IMG/VR virus record: IMGVR_UViG_3300025120_010521
Direction: 5' to 3' (one strand)
Length of the DNA: 64,000 bases
Origin: a virus
Lineage: Duplodnaviria; Caudoviricetes
Numbering within the stretch: position 1 is the stretch's first letter; every line of letters starts with the position of its first letter. The position numbers were made by a program, and so were the translations under genes. Under the pieces are notes generated by a model. It made no database searches, was not told where the DNA came from, and saw nothing but the letters and a program-made list of their open reading frames with translations. This document shows positions 54,865-64,000 of the stretch, piece after piece.

Positions 54865-56250
54865 CTATTTACACATATTGTAGAAGTCTTCAAGCTCAGG
54901 AAAAGTTTTACGAAAATCTTTGTTTCTTCTTCGATCATATTCATCAACAAATGATACAAAATCTTTTCTTACTTGTTGTATATTTAATCTTTCTTGAGGA
55001 TTTGGTCCAGCCGCAATATATTGCTGAAACCGTTTTAGTTTTGCTATTTCAAAATCAAAAAATCCTTTGTACGCATTTGTATACGTTTCTGCATTGTCTA
55101 ACATAATTTGAACAGACGGATCAAGCATCTTAGAATAACTAGGATCAGCAACAACACCACTTAGATAACTTGGATGTCTTAATATTGCTGTATCTAAAGT
55201 TATTGGTACTTTACGATCGTTACTGTAAAATTCTCTTTTTAATGGATGTATCATATCAACTAACTTATGAAAGTTTGGTAAACTTAATAATCCAGTAGTA
55301 CACATTATAGTAACTTTTGTTTTAGGAAGTTCAGTTAATACACGGCATATATTATCATACCATTGATTAAAATTCAGTCCATCTCTAATATATTCTGCTT
55401 GGTCACCAAATGTATCAACAGATGTATACAATCTAGTTAGTCCAATTTTATTGTCTAATGTAATACGTTTCATTTTTTCAATATATTGATCAAACAACTT
55501 ATCTGGAACACATCCATTTGAATTAATTGCTAACTCTAAGTCTGGTCTTGGATTATTATTAATATAATCTAAAACTTTAAATGTATCTTTAGTTAAAAGA
55601 GGTTCTCCTCCAGTAATTCTGAAAGTTTGTAGAGTTTTATATAAGTCTGGAAACCATTTCCAAAATGCATCAACATACGGATTATGCTCTCGATGAGGGA
55701 TTGGTAATTTACCTTCTTTTCTTAACCAATGTAGATTATTAAAATTATCACTGGTAGGATATGCTCCTTCAGATTGAATTTCTTCCATCCATGAACTACT
55801 AAATGCAGGACTACAATAAGAACATTTTAAATTACAAACATTTGAAAAACTAACTTCAACATAAGTTGGGTTAACATTTTCGACTCCAACCATATTAGCT
55901 GTTTCTTTTAAAAAAGGTTTAGCCCACTCTTCATTTGACTTAGAACTTCTATCACTGTAGTGTTCTGGACCTAGATCTTCTACATTCCAACAATATTGAC
56001 ATTCAGGTGGTCGTACACCTTTTAACATTAATTCTCTTTGTGATTTTTTGTATTCAGTATTGTGTAGTGCTGATGGATTATCTTTTAATTCTTTTACTGG
56101 AACTTGATGAGTTCTCGGATGATGACAACTGTGTGTATGTCCATATTGTAAATGAATTGTTGATTGGTACCATTTAGCTAAACAAAAACTTGGTGAAACT
56201 TTGTTTAGTTCGTCTCTGGTTTGTTTAATCTTAAGTACTTCATCGGTCAT
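54865..56250 (-). CDS. Radical SAM protein, paralogue of the neighbouring gene
   Basis: CLAKW...SCHH...CQYC; CNLKCSYC; ITGGEPL. Confidence 0.88.
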   Translation of the reverse strand: MTDEVLKIKQTRDELNKVSPSFCLAKWYQSTIHLQYGHTHSCHHPRTHQVPVKELKDNPSALHNTEYKKSQRELMLKGVRPPECQYCWNVEDLGPEHYSDRSSKSNEEWAKPFLKETANMVGVENVNPTYVEVSFSNVCNLKCSYCSPAFSSSWMEEIQSEGAYPTSDNFNNLHWLRKEGKLPIPHREHNPYVDAFWKWFPDLYKTLQTFRITGGEPLLTKDTFKVLDYINNNPRPDLELAINSNGCVPDKLFDQYIEKMKRITLDNKIGLTRLYTSVDTFGDQAEYIRDGLNFNQWYDNICRVLTELPKTKVTIMCTTGLLSLPNFHKLVDMIHPLKREFYSNDRKVPITLDTAILRHPSYLSGVVADPSYSKMLDPSVQIMLDNAETYTNAYKGFFDFEIAKLKRFQQYIAAGPNPQERLNIQQVRKDFVSFVDEYDRRRNKDFRKTFPELEDFYNMCK

Positions 56251-57263
56251 TTTAATACTTTGTAACGAGTAATTCCGTCAGTTCCTTTCTCTGTCACAAA
56301 TGCTCCAGAGCGAGGTGGATTCCAATATACTTTTTTAAAGAATGCTGAACCTTCTGCACTTAGATCATCAATTTGTAATCCAAGACGGTTTCTTAATTCT
56401 TTACCAAGCCTGACTGTTTCATTCCAAAGTTTTTCTTTATTCCAAGAATATTTTTCAATATGGCACATTTCATCTTCTTCGCCACCTGCAAACTGTGGCT
56501 TTGTTTTATCTTCCCAAAATTTATTAAGCCATTCAAAATCTCGTACATTAACAAAATCCCAGTCAGTACAATTAGTCATATAACAACCAAGTCGTGTACC
56601 ATATAATGCCCATAGGCCGTTTTCAACATCTGCTCCTACTGATGACCAAATTAAGAGTCTATGATAGTTTTTGTCATGAATGTTTTTTTCAAAGTTAACT
56701 GGATCAACTTTATAGCCTCTGTCTAATGACATTTTAACACCTTCTCTAAAACCGGCACGCCATGCCTGATGTGGAGTTGCATTATTGAATACATGTGAAA
56801 AACATTCATTTAATTGTATGTAATTCATATCCCAACAAAAGTCTACAGCAGAACCTTCTGATTCTGCGGCTTCGTGTGTTTTCATATCAAGTACTGCTTG
56901 TTTAGGCCAGCATTTGATACCGCCATTGCCATACATTAATCCGTTAATATTGTTATAACCTGTAAACGATATTACAGAATGTTTTAAATTTTCTAATTCA
57001 TAATCTGAAAAATCAAGTTCTAAATCAATTAGTTTTTCAAAGTTAACTAATTTGTTATCTCCATCGACAGTAATAAATCTATCTGTATCACTTTTGTTTG
57101 CACAGGCTTTGTGTGCGGCATCAGATCCTTCTACACCATCTACCCATTTTGCCCATGGCACTTTGCTTTTAATATCTGCCCAATGTTCTTGTTTATTAGG
57201 TTCATCATAAGACAGATAAAATATATCAATGTCTGCAATTTTTATTTTCATATCTGTACTCAT
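56247..57263 (-). CDS. GT-A-like glycosyltransferase
   Basis: FYLSYDEPN, AAHKACA, FITVDGDN (DxD), AWRAGFREGVK. Confidence 0.6.
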   Translation of the reverse strand: MSTDMKIKIADIDIFYLSYDEPNKQEHWADIKSKVPWAKWVDGVEGSDAAHKACANKSDTDRFITVDGDNKLVNFEKLIDLELDFSDYELENLKHSVISFTGYNNINGLMYGNGGIKCWPKQAVLDMKTHEAAESEGSAVDFCWDMNYIQLNECFSHVFNNATPHQAWRAGFREGVKMSLDRGYKVDPVNFEKNIHDKNYHRLLIWSSVGADVENGLWALYGTRLGCYMTNCTDWDFVNVRDFEWLNKFWEDKTKPQFAGGEEDEMCHIEKYSWNKEKLWNETVRLGKELRNRLGLQIDDLSAEGSAFFKKVYWNPPRSGAFVTEKGTDGITRYKVLK

Positions 57264-57268
57264 ATTTA

Positions 57269-57883
57269 TTACACCTCTATCATTAAATAATCATCGTAAA
57301 TTCTTCTTGTAAACACATTACAAGACTTTAACTGTCCTTGATATGGAGCAGTTAATTTATCCTGTGTAAGTAATTGTGTAACAGGAATGTAATAACTAGC
57401 AAACAGATCATGAGGATCACCTGTTTCAGTTATAAAGAAGTTTAATACACTTGTTCCGTTTATTACTAGCATTTCTGGATTATTAAACTTTTGTGTTTTA
57501 CCAGTAAGCTGATACTTACTAGCCATATATGCTTTTAATGTTGGATTAAATTCAAAACTAATTGTTTTGTCTTTTTTATTGTGAACAACTCTAATGTCAT
57601 AACTTAAATCATCGACTTGACCTTGTGGTATACTAATTAATGTTTTATCAATTTCTCTAATATCTAAATGTATTTCTTTCTTTAGGATAGAAAAATCTCC
57701 AGGATCTTTTGGATTAAGTTTTATATAATATTGTGATTGCACTTTTGTGCCGTCGATAAAATCTTTTACATCATCAAAATTTATTTCATAATAAGGATGG
57801 TCGACACTTGTGTCTACTTCTCGAGCAATTTTAATAATGTCTTTAGTTTCTAAATCATAATATAATATTCGTGTGTGTGACAT
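57269..57883 (-). CDS. Hypothetical protein within the glycosyltransferase cluster
   Basis: 204 aa ORF, translationally coupled to its neighbours. Confidence 0.5.
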   Translation of the reverse strand: MSHTRILYYDLETKDIIKIAREVDTSVDHPYYEINFDDVKDFIDGTKVQSQYYIKLNPKDPGDFSILKKEIHLDIREIDKTLISIPQGQVDDLSYDIRVVHNKKDKTISFEFNPTLKAYMASKYQLTGKTQKFNNPEMLVINGTSVLNFFITETGDPHDLFASYYIPVTQLLTQDKLTAPYQGQLKSCNVFTRRIYDDYLMIEV

Positions 57884-58296
57884 TATAAGTCCTCCAAGTC
57901 TTGCAAGTGTGTATCTAATGCTGTAGTTGCCAATTGTATTTCTATTATATAAAGTATTAATGCAATGCCAAACATAGTTAAGCTCGATGAAAACATAATA
58001 GCAAAATAATTAATACTCTCTTGAAAAGCAAAGTATATAGCAATTAAATTAGCAATAAAGGCAATAGAAGCCAACGTTGATGTTGCACGATTTAATATTA
58101 ATCTTTTTCGCAGTATAGCAATTTGTTTTAGATATCTATTTGTTGCTTTGTCTTCGCGTGTTAATTTTTTAGCAATAACTTCATCATGTATTTTTCTAAT
58201 TAACGATGCTAATGAAGTATATCTATTTCCAAATGAAATCATCATTAGGGGTATTGCTGGAAACAATGCCGCCGGTAATAGATATATACTAGTCAT
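57883..58296 (-). CDS. DUF2721-like membrane protein
   Basis: LFPAIPLMMISFGNRY..L...IR.IH; R...L.KR..L; EI...T.AL; three to four hydrophobic helices. Confidence 0.7.
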   Translation of the reverse strand: MTSIYLLPAALFPAIPLMMISFGNRYTSLASLIRKIHDEVIAKKLTREDKATNRYLKQIAILRKRLILNRATSTLASIAFIANLIAIYFAFQESINYFAIMFSSSLTMFGIALILYIIEIQLATTALDTHLQDLEDL

Positions 58297-59161
58297 TGAT
58301 TACTGTATCCTCATAAGTTTTAACTATATCGTCTGTTAAAAAGTTTTTAGTAACATAGTGTACAATGCCACTTTGTTGATAGTTTCCAATTTTTAATTTA
58401 CACTGTGGTGTAAAATATGCACCAATATGTTTTGTCCAATCTTCTGTGCTACCGCTACGCCATCCTTGTACTTTAGATTTCATATGAGTAAATGTTGGAA
58501 AGTCAATTGTAGGATTAGTTGCATCTTCAACAATATCTAACATTTTCATTGCCATGGCATATACAACGTCAGCACTTAAAAATTCTTGCTTAGGCAACAC
58601 TAGTGAAGAATCTCTATAATATTCCCAACGTCTAAATATGTCCTCTACAACATCAAAATACTCATTTACCATATTTGATTTTTTATTGAAATAAAAACAT
58701 CCAGTATAAACATTTGGTAATAAATTAGGTCCAAATGTTTTTCTATAATGATGATCAACTACCGTGTCGCCTCTATAAGTTTTGACACGAGTAGTTGCCA
58801 GCATATCCCATTGTGATAAATGATCCCACCAATGGCTGACGTCAGACATAAACAACATGTCAGTATCTAATATCATTGTTTGTTCATATGGAGTACAATG
58901 ATAATATTTCCACTTGTTGTTAATTTTCCAATCAGCCATTTGGGCATCATCTTCAAAAGGTAATTCAATTATTTCGTCAAATATCCAATGATAGTGTGTA
59001 GGTACATCTTTCTTATTGATCACCGCTACAGAGACGTTATTGACGCCTTTTTGCGTGTGTTTAACACTGAGAGCAAGTGCATAAGCCATACGTACATAAT
59101 CAACAGTCTTACCGTTACTGTCTTTTGTGTTCTGTGCTATTACTAGATATCCTTGCTTCAT
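58289..59161 (-). CDS. GT-A (GT8-like) glycosyltransferase
   Basis: GYLVIAQN...DYVRMAYALA, TPYEQTMILDTDML (DxD), FTHMK. Confidence 0.7.
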   Translation of the reverse strand: MKQGYLVIAQNTKDSNGKTVDYVRMAYALALSVKHTQKGVNNVSVAVINKKDVPTHYHWIFDEIIELPFEDDAQMADWKINNKWKYYHCTPYEQTMILDTDMLFMSDVSHWWDHLSQWDMLATTRVKTYRGDTVVDHHYRKTFGPNLLPNVYTGCFYFNKKSNMVNEYFDVVEDIFRRWEYYRDSSLVLPKQEFLSADVVYAMAMKMLDIVEDATNPTIDFPTFTHMKSKVQGWRSGSTEDWTKHIGAYFTPQCKLKIGNYQQSGIVHYVTKNFLTDDIVKTYEDTVIND

Positions 59162-59712
59162 TATATTACCTTATTGTAAATTTGTCTCCAATTATCAACT
59201 TTTTCAACACCTGTATGATCTTGATTTGAATTGTAAGACTGTTTCATTAAAAATGTTTTGATTCCTATATCCGCACCAGCAATTGCGTTTGACCATTTAT
59301 CTTCTACCCAAACAGCACCACTGCCTCGCCATTGTGACAACCAATTACCTTTTGGTTGCATAAAAGGAATAATATCTACTTGTGAAAACACATCAGGCAT
59401 TAAATTTTCTATATTCTTTTTTCGCGATGCATTGGCATATGGATCAGTACCCATTGAGGTACAACCATATATTTTCCATCCCATATTCTTTAGTTCAGTT
59501 AATACTTCTACTGAATCTTTCCATGGTTTTAAAAAACCAATCCATGCTGTGTTGTTAAATTCTTTTATAATTTTTCCTGTTTCTTCACCTTGTGCAAATA
59601 CTGTTGGATCAAATAGCTCTTGTCCAGGATAATACCGATCTAGGTAATCATTAAAATGTGATTGCCAATCAAGTACAACACCGTCTATATCTGTTAATAA
59701 AATTTTATGCAC
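59161..59712 (-). CDS. HAD-superfamily phosphatase, 5'-nucleotidase-like
   Basis: LLTDIDGVVLDW (DxD), GCTS, WVEDK, YN..H...RV.NW-like tail. Confidence 0.8.
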   Translation of the reverse strand: MHKILLTDIDGVVLDWQSHFNDYLDRYYPGQELFDPTVFAQGEETGKIIKEFNNTAWIGFLKPWKDSVEVLTELKNMGWKIYGCTSMGTDPYANASRKKNIENLMPDVFSQVDIIPFMQPKGNWLSQWRGSGAVWVEDKWSNAIAGADIGIKTFLMKQSYNSNQDHTGVEKVDNWRQIYNKVI

Positions 59713-60589
59713 TATACATCTCCACTATTTTTTTGCTTTCTCTAACAATAGAGTACTTGTTCATTACATGGACATTTACTCCGTCGGTACGTGCTGGTAT
59801 AAATTTTCCAGGCTCACTAGTTTTTTCTAATAAAAATGATAATGATCCTTTTGAATTAATATTATGTAGTTCATCATAATCCAATGTGTGTTGTAAAAAG
59901 TTTACAGGTAAATGTTTAACTAGTCCACTTTTTGCAAACCCATTAAACATATGAACTGCAATACTAAACGCATGGTCATTTCTAAAATTATAAGACGTTA
60001 TACCATACAATGTCTTAAAGTATGGGTAGTTTGATTTTATTGCTTCTAATAAATTAAAAAATATTTCTGTTTCAGCTGACTTTCTAAAATAAAAAACTGT
60101 GGCCCAATAAAAGTCAATTCCAAAATCATCTACTTTATCAAAGTTATTATCGTGTCTACCTGTAAGTAAATCTCGACTATCTTTGTTTATTAATAAATCT
60201 TCTTTATGATTCCAAATAGCATTTAGACTATCGTTACAAATTAAATAATCAACGTCAATAACAAGTGTTTCATCATATGGAGATTCTGTGTAAACTGTTG
60301 ATCTATTGATGTTATAAAATTGTAATAAATTTACTGTATGTCTAGTATCTCTATATCTTTTGTTGTTATCAACTCTTCGTCTTTTAACAACTTTAACATT
60401 TTCAAATGCATTATCAATTATAGCTTTATCCCAAGTATCATTCATATGACGAACTGTTCCTTCGTCAGTTATTAATGTAATTGCATTAACACCCATATGA
60501 TGTTTAATCATATAAGCATTGGCAATTGCTACACTCCCATAATCAATTTCTGTATTGTTATGGGCAAATAATACTATGCCTTGACTCAT
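59705..60589 (-). CDS. GT-A (GT8-like) glycosyltransferase, paralogue of 58289..59161
   Basis: GIVLFAHNN...DYG..A, SPYDETLVIDVDY (DxD), YWATVFYF, NVHVMNK. Confidence 0.7.
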   Translation of the reverse strand: MSQGIVLFAHNNTEIDYGSVAIANAYMIKHHMGVNAITLITDEGTVRHMNDTWDKAIIDNAFENVKVVKRRRVDNNKRYRDTRHTVNLLQFYNINRSTVYTESPYDETLVIDVDYLICNDSLNAIWNHKEDLLINKDSRDLLTGRHDNNFDKVDDFGIDFYWATVFYFRKSAETEIFFNLLEAIKSNYPYFKTLYGITSYNFRNDHAFSIAVHMFNGFAKSGLVKHLPVNFLQHTLDYDELHNINSKGSLSFLLEKTSEPGKFIPARTDGVNVHVMNKYSIVRESKKIVEMYSA

Positions 60590-60939
60590 GCTGGTTCTAC
60601 TAATTTTGCTGTTCTTCTTTTAGTTTGCATTTCACTATATTGCTTATGATAATCATTTGTTACTTCAAAATATCTTGATGTAATTTCAGTTAAGAATGAT
60701 TTTAAATTTTCAATCTTAATTGGATTTTCATTAGTATCTAGTAATACTATTTCTTCGTATCCTTGCTGTACAAATGTTCCAACAAAAGCAATTAGCTCTT
60801 GTGTTACTTTAAATGTACCGCCCTGAGTTGAATATGATAGTAATGCTTCACTTTTATTTTTTAGAATTTGCTTTTGATTGAAAAATGTCTGTCTATAGTT
60901 AGCGAACTCTAGTGCCTTGTGTAAGCGATCGTCTGTCAT
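60586..60939 (-). CDS. Conserved hypothetical protein heading the glycosyltransferase operon
   Basis: GGAGG SD; RLHKALEFANY...GGTF...LIAFV...LLDTNENPI. Confidence 0.6.
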   Translation of the reverse strand: MTDDRLHKALEFANYRQTFFNQKQILKNKSEALLSYSTQGGTFKVTQELIAFVGTFVQQGYEEIVLLDTNENPIKIENLKSFLTEITSRYFEVTNDYHKQYSEMQTKRRTAKLVEPA

Positions 60940-60961
60940 TGTTTTACCTCCATATTCTTAA

Positions 60962-60990
60962 ATTATACACAAAATAAAGGTAAAAGTCAA
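60962..60990 (-). promoter_or_regulatory. Sigma70-type promoter for the GT/radical SAM/AOX operon
   Basis: TTGACT-N17-TATAAT immediately after a terminator. Confidence 0.8.
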
Positions 60991-61000
60991 ACGAAAAGTC

Positions 61001-61029
61001 AAAAAAATAGGGCGTTGCCGCCCTATTTT
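61001..61029 (-). terminator. Intrinsic terminator closing the fibre-like operon
   Basis: AAAATAGGGCG-ttgc-CGCCCTATTTT with T7 tract on the minus strand. Confidence 0.85.
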
Positions 61030-61060
61030 ATAATATTATATAATTTAATTAAATTATTGA

Positions 61061-61999
61061 TTACGCACTAACTTCAGTAGTTGTTGCGAACGATGGATTA
61101 GCAACTTGTACATTAGAGGCATTGTCTGCTCTTAATGTAGTAATTGTGCTAGTTAAAGTTCCGTCAACTGAGTCTGCACCTGTCCAACCTGCACCTTCGT
61201 TTGGAGCAGTACCTAAACCGCCACCAGTGTAGTTACCAGTTTGTGCCGCATGGTCATCTTTAAAATAAACTGTAAAAGTTAAGACTGTTGCTGAGCCATA
61301 AGCCGCATTGGCTTTTGCTTCAATAGTCCAATCATTTGCAGAGTAGGCACTTGTACCTGTTGCCGTAAAAATTTGTTGATTTGATGTTGTTAAATCATCA
61401 AAACCTACTGCCGCCGCTGTTCCACCTGAACCAGTGTATGTAGTTGCGCCTTCGGCAAATTTTACTGTACCTGCATTAGATAATAAGTTAGTCCAGTCAG
61501 TGTTTTGATCTGTTGAAGAACCACCTGAACGTGATCCAGCAAATCTAATTTCACCACCTGAGTTAAAAAAGAATCTCGCCGCGTTAGCTGATGCAAAAGT
61601 TACTGTAAATATGTGTTGTATTGTAGCTGTCCATGATGAAGTTCTTGTTGAAGTTACACCAGTGTCAGTCGCCATATTTGAAGCATCTGCTGTTAGTTTG
61701 TTATTCGTAATTAATGTGATATCAGCTTCTAAATTTGATAACGGTAAAATGTTTCCACCAACTGATACTGTGTTTGACGCATTCGTCAATGTAGTACCTT
61801 GGTGATTAGCACCTTTCTGTAATCCAGAAAGCAAACTGTTCCATTGTGCCGCCGTGATAGTGTCTCCAGCACTGATTGTCGCGATTTCACTCAATCCGTA
61901 GCCACTGTCATTAGAGCCAGTACCAATAATTGTGTTTACGTTGCCAGCAAATGTATTGTAATCACTTGCTTGAATTGTATCACCTTGTTGGTATGCCAT
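61061..61999 (-). CDS. Virion structural protein (fibre/baseplate-associated)
   Basis: MAYQQGDTIQASDYN, FFNSGGEIR motif; Ser/Thr/Gly-rich. Confidence 0.6.
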   Translation of the reverse strand: MAYQQGDTIQASDYNTFAGNVNTIIGTGSNDSGYGLSEIATISAGDTITAAQWNSLLSGLQKGANHQGTTLTNASNTVSVGGNILPLSNLEADITLITNNKLTADASNMATDTGVTSTRTSSWTATIQHIFTVTFASANAARFFFNSGGEIRFAGSRSGGSSTDQNTDWTNLLSNAGTVKFAEGATTYTGSGGTAAAVGFDDLTTSNQQIFTATGTSAYSANDWTIEAKANAAYGSATVLTFTVYFKDDHAAQTGNYTGGGLGTAPNEGAGWTGADSVDGTLTSTITTLRADNASNVQVANPSFATTTEVSA

Positions 62000-62001
62000 A
62001 A

Positions 62002-62142
62002 TTATTTCTCTCCTATTGCAATAGTAATTTTATTCATAGCTTTGTTTATAGTCTTGCTACAAGGACTTTTCTTGTTTGCTTTGCTCTCACAAACAAAATC
62101 TGTTAAGTTGAAAATAATATCTTTTGTTATTGTTGTTAACAT
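62002..62142 (-). CDS. Unlisted 46-aa ORF between fibre-like genes
   Basis: MLTTITKDIIFNLTDFVCESKANKKSPCSKTINKAMNKITIAIGEK*; fills the gap between two genes almost exactly. Confidence 0.45.
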   Translation of the reverse strand: MLTTITKDIIFNLTDFVCESKANKKSPCSKTINKAMNKITIAIGEK

Positions 62143-62147
62143 ATTTC

Positions 62148-63242
62148 TTATCCGTATACCGCCGAGCCTCTAATTCTTCTCCAACCTGAACCATTGTATA
62201 GTAATGTTACATGGTCTTTTTGGTTTAGAGTTAAATTTGATGCCGCTCCATCAATAGTGTTACCGTTTCTAGCAATAATACATGCATTTGTACTCCACTG
62301 TAAGTGTGAGTCAACTACTGTTACTGTATCGCCTGCCGCTGGTGTTCCTGGAAGTGTAATTGTTACTGAACCTGATGTTGTATTAACACCAAGTTGTTCG
62401 CCTGCTAAAGCTGTGTAGCCAGACGTTTTAATTAAAAAGTTTCTTGATGCACGTACAATTTGTGATAAACTTGAACCACCTGTTAAAGTACCATATGTTC
62501 CATCTATTGAACTTGCTTGAACACCTTCTGTTTTAACAGCGTCATCTAGGTTAACACCTCTAATTATACAGTTTGCAGTTGAACCAATACCGTCTACTGA
62601 TGCTGTAAAGTTATCGTAGATGTATTTCTCTGCCGTACCTGCTGTTGTTACATTCGGTGATGTTGATTTAATTTTAAATGCACATGGACTTGTTACTCTA
62701 ATAACTTGTTTTACACTTGAACCGTTTTTAACAACATCTGCTAAAATTTCAACTGTGTTATCTGCTACATAACCATTTGCATCTGCACTTGTAGTTGATA
62801 CTGTACCAACAACAAATGATAAAACTTCAGTACTTGTACTTTCTGATGCCGATGAAAAGTTTTTCCATCCGCTACCTGAACCATCTGAGTTTACAGCTAA
62901 TTTATTAGTTGATGTATTGTACCATAAAGCCCCAGTTGTAAGTGTGTGTGGGTATGTACCTGACGCACCAACGTACACTGACATAGGATGCCAATTAGTT
63001 GATGAGTTATAAACTTTTAAACATTGATTTGTTGTATCCCACCAAAGTTGTCCTTCTAATGGACCAGTTGGTGCTGATGTGTTTGCGTTATTTTCTAAAA
63101 TTTTTACGAAATCTTCTGCAATAAGCTCACCATATCCTGTATAGTTTTTACCAATTAATGTAATACCACCTACTGCCGCAGTTGTGCCGTTATTAACAGT
63201 TGAAACTACTGTACCTCTGGTATTATTTACTGTATATGACAT
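62148..63242 (-). CDS. Tail fibre-like structural protein
   Basis: TLIGKNYTGYGE..AEDF, P.EGQLWWD repeats, C-terminal TITLP..P..GD.V...D...W......I.RNG..IDG module. Confidence 0.65.
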   Translation of the reverse strand: MSYTVNNTRGTVVSTVNNGTTAAVGGITLIGKNYTGYGELIAEDFVKILENNANTSAPTGPLEGQLWWDTTNQCLKVYNSSTNWHPMSVYVGASGTYPHTLTTGALWYNTSTNKLAVNSDGSGSGWKNFSSASESTSTEVLSFVVGTVSTTSADANGYVADNTVEILADVVKNGSSVKQVIRVTSPCAFKIKSTSPNVTTAGTAEKYIYDNFTASVDGIGSTANCIIRGVNLDDAVKTEGVQASSIDGTYGTLTGGSSLSQIVRASRNFLIKTSGYTALAGEQLGVNTTSGSVTITLPGTPAAGDTVTVVDSHLQWSTNACIIARNGNTIDGAASNLTLNQKDHVTLLYNGSGWRRIRGSAVYG

Positions 63243-63334
63243 AGTCTTATGCTCTCCTTGTGTTAGGTATTAATATATACTACCTACTTTATATTTATAA
63301 TATTACAACAATTTGGGTCCAAAAAGCAAGTGAT

Positions 63335-63979
63335 TTATTGCAATTGTACTCTAATTGTATATACAATTTCTATGACCCTATTCAAACTCTTTTGTACAGG
63401 GTGAAATATAACGTGTGTTAACAAATATTCACTAGTAATACCACCTGAATTATATGCGTATATTCCTAGTTCATCAAAGATAAAATCAGTTGATGAATCT
63501 GAAGTTGCTGTATCAGATGTTGTTTGACTTGATGGTTCACCAAAGTCTAGTGTACATGTTATCTGTAAATCTGTGTATGAGCTTGAACTAGTAACAATAC
63601 TCACGTTATTTTTTGAGTCTGTGCTTTCGCTTTGCCCAATTAGTTTTTCATATGTTCTGTTGTATAATTCAGCTGAGTCATCTCTAATTGTACCTGTGTT
63701 TGTACTTTTATAGTTAATTTCACCTGTGTTTAATACGTCTGATCCACCATTACCAAATGCCATATGGTAGATACCGTTGTTTTCTGTTTGCCAATATGAT
63801 AGTGCGTTTGCAATAACAAAAGCCATATTACCAAAGTGAATTGCGTTACGTTTGTTTACTAATTCTTCGCCAGTTTCAGCATCACGAATTAATAAATGTC
63901 CTTCCATTTTCACTTTAGCACCTTCGTCAACGTGCTGTTCTTGTTGTTTATCTGTGTTTTTGTCCATGTTGTTTTCCAT
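63335..63979 (-). CDS. Conserved structural hypothetical protein
   Basis: VNKRNAIH, MAFGNGG, CTLDFGEP, FIFDELG, LTHVIFHPVQKSLNR...YT.R; late promoter at 63994-63999. Confidence 0.6.
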   Translation of the reverse strand: MENNMDKNTDKQQEQHVDEGAKVKMEGHLLIRDAETGEELVNKRNAIHFGNMAFVIANALSYWQTENNGIYHMAFGNGGSDVLNTGEINYKSTNTGTIRDDSAELYNRTYEKLIGQSESTDSKNNVSIVTSSSSYTDLQITCTLDFGEPSSQTTSDTATSDSSTDFIFDELGIYAYNSGGITSEYLLTHVIFHPVQKSLNRVIEIVYTIRVQLQ

Positions 63980-64000
63980 ATTAACTTATATTATATTTAT

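Noticed and set aside
62143-62150. Read-through fusion of 62148..63242 with the 46 aa ORF
   Set aside because: The 5-nt gap puts them out of frame, and I saw no slippery heptamer.
1-64000. Stop-codon reassignment as seen in some huge phages
   Set aside because: Core genes (terminase, portal, capsid, sheath, gp46/47) are full length under the standard bacterial code.

Overview
A 64 kb AT-rich segment of a large T4-like (myovirus) phage genome. It holds most of the virion morphogenesis module: terminase, portal, prohead core, protease, scaffold, gp23-type major capsid protein, neck and tail-terminator proteins, sheath, tube, tape measure, baseplate and fibre-like proteins. It also has recombination/replication genes (UvsX/RecA-like partial, gp32 SSB, gp46/gp47, Holliday-junction resolvase, dNMP kinase), a gp55-like late sigma factor, and accessory genes (three radical SAM proteins, three glycosyltransferase-like proteins, a HAD phosphatase, two 2OG-Fe(II) oxygenases, an alternative oxidase, a Usg-like protein and a glycine-zipper lipoprotein). 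The accessory genes suggest an aquatic alphaproteobacterial host (inference). The most notable unexplained signals are: (1) a ~550 bp promoter-led, hairpin-rich non-coding element at 38.6-39.2 kb carrying three copies of an AGGCTAAYAT motif that is also tandemly repeated in the gp32 leader; (2) a probable programmed -1 frameshift joining a gp26-like gene to a start-less downstream ORF, next to the tape measure gene and sharing a palindromic bidirectional late promoter with it; (3) six late genes, including the large terminase, whose ATG sits at the predicted +1 (leaderless); (4) a ~150 aa domain shared by the sheath and a neck protein. No tRNA, CRISPR array, intron, intein or recoded stop codon was found by eye. 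All family assignments come from motif recognition only; no searches were run.
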